DNA of 64,000 nucleotides from Escherichia coli (GTDB lineage Bacteria; Pseudomonadota; Gammaproteobacteria; Enterobacterales; Enterobacteriaceae): NCBI RefSeq assembly GCF_003018235.1, contig NZ_CP027437.1; one strand, 5' to 3'. Shown piece by piece: positions 60,619 to 64,000 of this stretch (position 1 is its first letter; each line of letters starts with the position of its first letter). The notes under the pieces were generated by a model. It saw only the letters and a program-made list of their open reading frames with translations, ran no database searches and was not told where the DNA came from. The position numbers and the translations under genes were made by a program.

Positions 60619-63600
60619 GTGGGTAAAGGTGGTGGTAAGGCGCACACGCCGGTTGAGGCGAAAGATAACCTGAAATCCACGCAGATGATGAGCGTGATTG
60701 ACGCGATTGGCGAAGGCCCGGTGGAAGGTCCGGTTAACGGTCTGCAGAGTATTCTGGTGAACAAAACCCCGCTGACGGACACGGACGGCAATCCCGTGAT
60801 ACACGGTGTGACAGCCGTCTGGCGTGCCGGGGAGCAGGAGCAGACACCGCCGGAAGGCTTTGAGTCCTCCGGGGCGGAAACCGCGCTGGGTGTGGAAGTC
60901 ACGAAGGCAAAGCCGGTGACGCGCACCATCACATCAGCGAACATTGACCGTCTGCGGGTGACCTTCGGGGTGCAGTCACTGGTGGAGACCACCTCACAGG
61001 GTGACCGTAATCCTTCTTCAGTCCGCCTGCTGATTCAGGTGCAGCGTAACGGCAACTGGGTGACGGAGAAGGATATCACCATTAACGGCAAGACCACCTC
61101 GCAGTACCTGGCGTCGGTGATAATCGGTAACCTGCCTCCCCGCCCCTTTAACATCCGGATGGTCAGGGAAACGGCGGACAGCACCACGGACCAGCTGCAG
61201 AACAGGACGCTGTGGTCGTCATACACCGAAATCATCGATGTGAAACAGGGTTACCCGAACACGGCCATTGTGGGGCTGCAGGTGGATGCGGAGCAGTTCG
61301 GCGGCCAGCAGATGACGGTGAACTACCATATCCGCGGTCGCATCATCCAGGTGCCGTCAAACTATGACCCGGAAAAACGCACATACAGCGGTATCTGGGA
61401 CGGGAGTCTCAAACCGGCATACAGCAACAACCCGGCCTGGTGCCTGTGGGACATGCTGACGCACCCGCGCTACGGGATGGGAAAACGCCTGGGGGCAGCG
61501 GATGTGGACAAGTGGGCACTGTATGCCATCGGACAGTACTGTGACCAGCGTGTTCCGGACGGCTTCGGAGGGACAGAGCCGCGGATGACGTTTAATGCGT
61601 ACCTGTCACAGCAGCGTAAGGCGTGGGACGTTCTCAGTGATTTCTGCTCGGCAATGCGCTGTATGCCGGTATGGAACGGCCAGACGCTGACGTTCGTTCA
61701 GGACCGCCCGTCGGATGTGGTGTGGCCGTACACCAACAGCGATGTGGTGGCGGATGATAACGGCGTGGGGTTCCGCTACAGCTTCAGCGCCCTGAAGGAC
61801 CGGCACACGGCGGTGGAGGTGAACTGGACCGACCCGCAGAACGGCTGGCAGACCTCCACAGAGCTGGTTGAGGACCCGGAAGCGATACTGCGCTACGGGC
61901 GCAATCTGCTGAAGATGGATGCGTTCGGCTGTACCAGCCGCGGTCAGGCCCACCGTGCCGGACTGTGGGTGATAAAGACCGAACTGCTGGAAACACAGAC
62001 GGTGGATTTCACACTCGGGTCACAGGGGCTGCGCCACACGCCGGGTGACATCATTGAAATCTGTGATAACGACTATGCCGGGACCATGACCGGCGGGCGC
62101 ATTCTGTCCGTTGACGCTGGCAGCCGGACCCTGACGCTGGACCGTGAGGTGACGCTTCCGGAAACCGGCACATCCACGGTGAACCTGATTAACGGCAGCG
62201 GTAAGCCGGTAAGTGTGGACATCACCGCACAACCGGCCCCTGACCGGATACAGGTCAGCGCCCTGCCAGATGGCGTGGAGACATACGGTGTGTGGGGACT
62301 GAAAATACCCGGTCTTCGCCGTCGCCTGTTCCGCTGTGTGTCCATCCGGGAAAACACGGACGGCACCTTTGCCATCACGGCGGTGCAGCATGTGCCGGAG
62401 AAGGAAGCCATTGTGGATAACGGGGCCACCTTTGAGCCGCTGTCCGGTTCGCTGAACAGTGTCACACCTCCTGCCGTGCAGCACCTCACGGTGGCGGTGA
62501 GTGCGTCTGACGGCCAGTATCTGGCGCAGGCGAAATGGGACACGCCACGGGTGGTGAAGGGCGTGCGCTTCAGTCTTCGCCTGACCAGCGGAAGCGGAGA
62601 AGACAGCCGTCTGGTGACCACTGCCATCACCGCAGACACGGAGCACCGTTTCAGTGGCCTGCCGCTCGGGGAATACACCCTGACCGTGAGAGCGATAAAC
62701 AGTTACGGCCAGCAGGGGGAGCCTGCCGGTACCACGTTCCGGATTGACGCCCCGGCAGCGCCTGTAACCATTGAACTGATACCGGGATATTTTCAGATAA
62801 CGGCGGTCCCGAAACTGGCCATTTATGACCCGACGGTGCAGTTTGAGTTCTGGCTCTCGGAAAAGCAGATTGCGGATGTTCGTCAGGTTGAAACCACCGC
62901 CCGTTATCTTGGTACGGCGCTGTACTGGAGTACCGCCAGTAATATCAGGCCGGGGTATGATTATTATTTTTATATCCGCAGCGTCAACCTGGTGGGCAAA
63001 TCGGCATTCGTGGAGGCCGTCGGCCGGGCCAGCGATGATGCGGAAGGTTACCTGGATTTTTACAAAGGGCTGATTAATAAAACACATCTCGGTAAAGAGC
63101 TGCTGGAAAACGCTGAACTGACGGAGGATAACGCCAGTAAGCTGGAGCAGTTCTCGAAAGAGTGGAAGGACGCGAACGATAAATGGAATGCCATGTGGGG
63201 CGTCAGAATTGAGCAGACCGAAGACGGTAAGCATTATGTTGCCGGGCTTGGTCTCAGCATGGAGGATACGGAAGAAGGCAAGCTGAGCCAGTTTCTGGTT
63301 GCCGCCAGCCGTATTGCGTTTATTGACCCGGCAAACGGGAATGAAACGCCGATGTTTGTGGCGCAGGACGGGCAGATATTCATGAACGACGTGTTCCTGA
63401 AACGCCTGACGGCTCCCACCATTACCAGCGGCGGAAATCCACCGGTATTTTCCCTGACACCGGACGGAAAGCTGACTGCCAGAAATGCGGATATCAGCGG
63501 CAGTATCACCGCCAGTTCGGGTACGCTCAACAATGTGACGATAAACCAGGACTGTGTGATTAAGGGCAATTTATCCGCGGCACAGATAACCGGAGATATT

Positions 63601-63915
63601 GCGAAGACGTATGTGCTTAACGGGAACAGTGTGTATATCCCTGCTCAGGTATTTACCATGAATCTGGTGATGCTGGGCGGTGCCGGACACCTGTACTTTA
63701 ACGGTAACGAGCAGACACCGGTTTCCTCTGCGATCCTTTCGAGGATGCAGACAGACAGTGTCTGGAGCGGCGGAAGTCCGGGGCATGGTGGCGGCAGTTA
63801 CAGACCTGTTTACAGCACAATCTGGATCAAGGTGTTCAGGCTTAATGCGGGGACACCCGTGACGGTGTCGGTTTCAGACAATGCCGTGACGGTTATCTGG
63901 ATGTCGAAGGCGTAA
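60619..63915 (+). CDS. J: Central tail fibre / host specificity protein gpJ (GTG start), divergent C-terminal domain
   Basis: N-terminal ~1000 aa closely match lambda J as recalled ([21 protein letters not shown]...); last ~150 aa unlike the lambda LamB-binding domain. Confidence 0.9.
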   Translation: MGKGGGKAHTPVEAKDNLKSTQMMSVIDAIGEGPVEGPVNGLQSILVNKTPLTDTDGNPVIHGVTAVWRAGEQEQTPPEGFESSGAETALGVEVTKAKPVTRTITSANIDRLRVTFGVQSLVETTSQGDRNPSSVRLLIQVQRNGNWVTEKDITINGKTTSQYLASVIIGNLPPRPFNIRMVRETADSTTDQLQNRTLWSSYTEIIDVKQGYPNTAIVGLQVDAEQFGGQQMTVNYHIRGRIIQVPSNYDPEKRTYSGIWDGSLKPAYSNNPAWCLWDMLTHPRYGMGKRLGAADVDKWALYAIGQYCDQRVPDGFGGTEPRMTFNAYLSQQRKAWDVLSDFCSAMRCMPVWNGQTLTFVQDRPSDVVWPYTNSDVVADDNGVGFRYSFSALKDRHTAVEVNWTDPQNGWQTSTELVEDPEAILRYGRNLLKMDAFGCTSRGQAHRAGLWVIKTELLETQTVDFTLGSQGLRHTPGDIIEICDNDYAGTMTGGRILSVDAGSRTLTLDREVTLPETGTSTVNLINGSGKPVSVDITAQPAPDRIQVSALPDGVETYGVWGLKIPGLRRRLFRCVSIRENTDGTFAITAVQHVPEKEAIVDNGATFEPLSGSLNSVTPPAVQHLTVAVSASDGQYLAQAKWDTPRVVKGVRFSLRLTSGSGEDSRLVTTAITADTEHRFSGLPLGEYTLTVRAINSYGQQGEPAGTTFRIDAPAAPVTIELIPGYFQITAVPKLAIYDPTVQFEFWLSEKQIADVRQVETTARYLGTALYWSTASNIRPGYDYYFYIRSVNLVGKSAFVEAVGRASDDAEGYLDFYKGLINKTHLGKELLENAELTEDNASKLEQFSKEWKDANDKWNAMWGVRIEQTEDGKHYVAGLGLSMEDTEEGKLSQFLVAASRIAFIDPANGNETPMFVAQDGQIFMNDVFLKRLTAPTITSGGNPPVFSLTPDGKLTARNADISGSITASSGTLNNVTINQDCVIKGNLSAAQITGDIAKTYVLNGNSVYIPAQVFTMNLVMLGGAGHLYFNGNEQTPVSSAILSRMQTDSVWSGGSPGHGGGSYRPVYSTIWIKVFRLNAGTPVTVSVSDNAVTVIWMSKA

Positions 63916-63953
63916 ATTTGTTAACTCGTTGAAATATTTATAACCCCGGTACG

Positions 63954-63977
63954 GGCACCAGAAATGGTGCCTTTTTT
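63954..63977 (+). terminator. Rho-independent terminator after J
   Basis: GGCACCA-gaaa-TGGTGCC followed by TTTTTT. Confidence 0.5.
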
Positions 63978-64000
63978 ATTGCAGAAAAGCGAGAGGTCAT

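Larger units (their letters stand above)
23060..64000. mobile_element. Prophage (left ~41 kb; continues beyond window end): P2-like early module plus lambda-like late module; left boundary approximate (somewhere in 23000-23163)
   Basis: Core synteny ends at the pheL promoter; integrase at 23164; continuous phage gene content to tail fibre J at 63915. Confidence 0.85.

Noticed and set aside
62020-63234. 404-aa minus-strand ORF
   Set aside because: Antisense to the J tail-fibre gene; no SD and low-complexity composition.

Overview
This 64-kb window is from an Escherichia coli-like chromosome; gene order and proteins match my recollection of the K-12 ssrA-to-pheA region, in inverted orientation. 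Positions 1-23.0 kb are core genome: a disrupted ypjA-like autotransporter, an unoccupied ssrA (tmRNA) locus, smpB, ratA/ratB, bamE, recN, nadK, grpE, yfjD, ypjD, ffh, rpsP-rimM-trmD-rplS, yfiB-dgcN-yfiR, yfiL, aroF-tyrA and pheA-pheL. From about 23.1 kb to the window end lies the left ~41 kb of a prophage inserted beside the pheL/pheA promoter, where K-12 has raiA. The prophage is a mosaic: a P2/186-like integrase, C-type repressor, cox-like gene and HUH rolling-circle replication gene, joined to a lambda-like late region (tRNAs, nanS-p-like esterase, pinholin/SAR-endolysin/Rz-Rz1 lysis cassette, cos, terminase, portal, protease-capsid fusion, and tail genes Z U V G-T H M L K I J). The most likely place for something undescribed is the early-region cargo: an ~8-kb block (25.3-33.2 kb) between the immunity genes and the replication gene, bracketed by repeated structured elements, and a second block (35.2-38.9 kb) between the replication gene and the late region. 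Nothing was searched against databases; all homology statements rest on motifs and remembered sequences. No CRISPR array, IS element or toxin gene was recognised.
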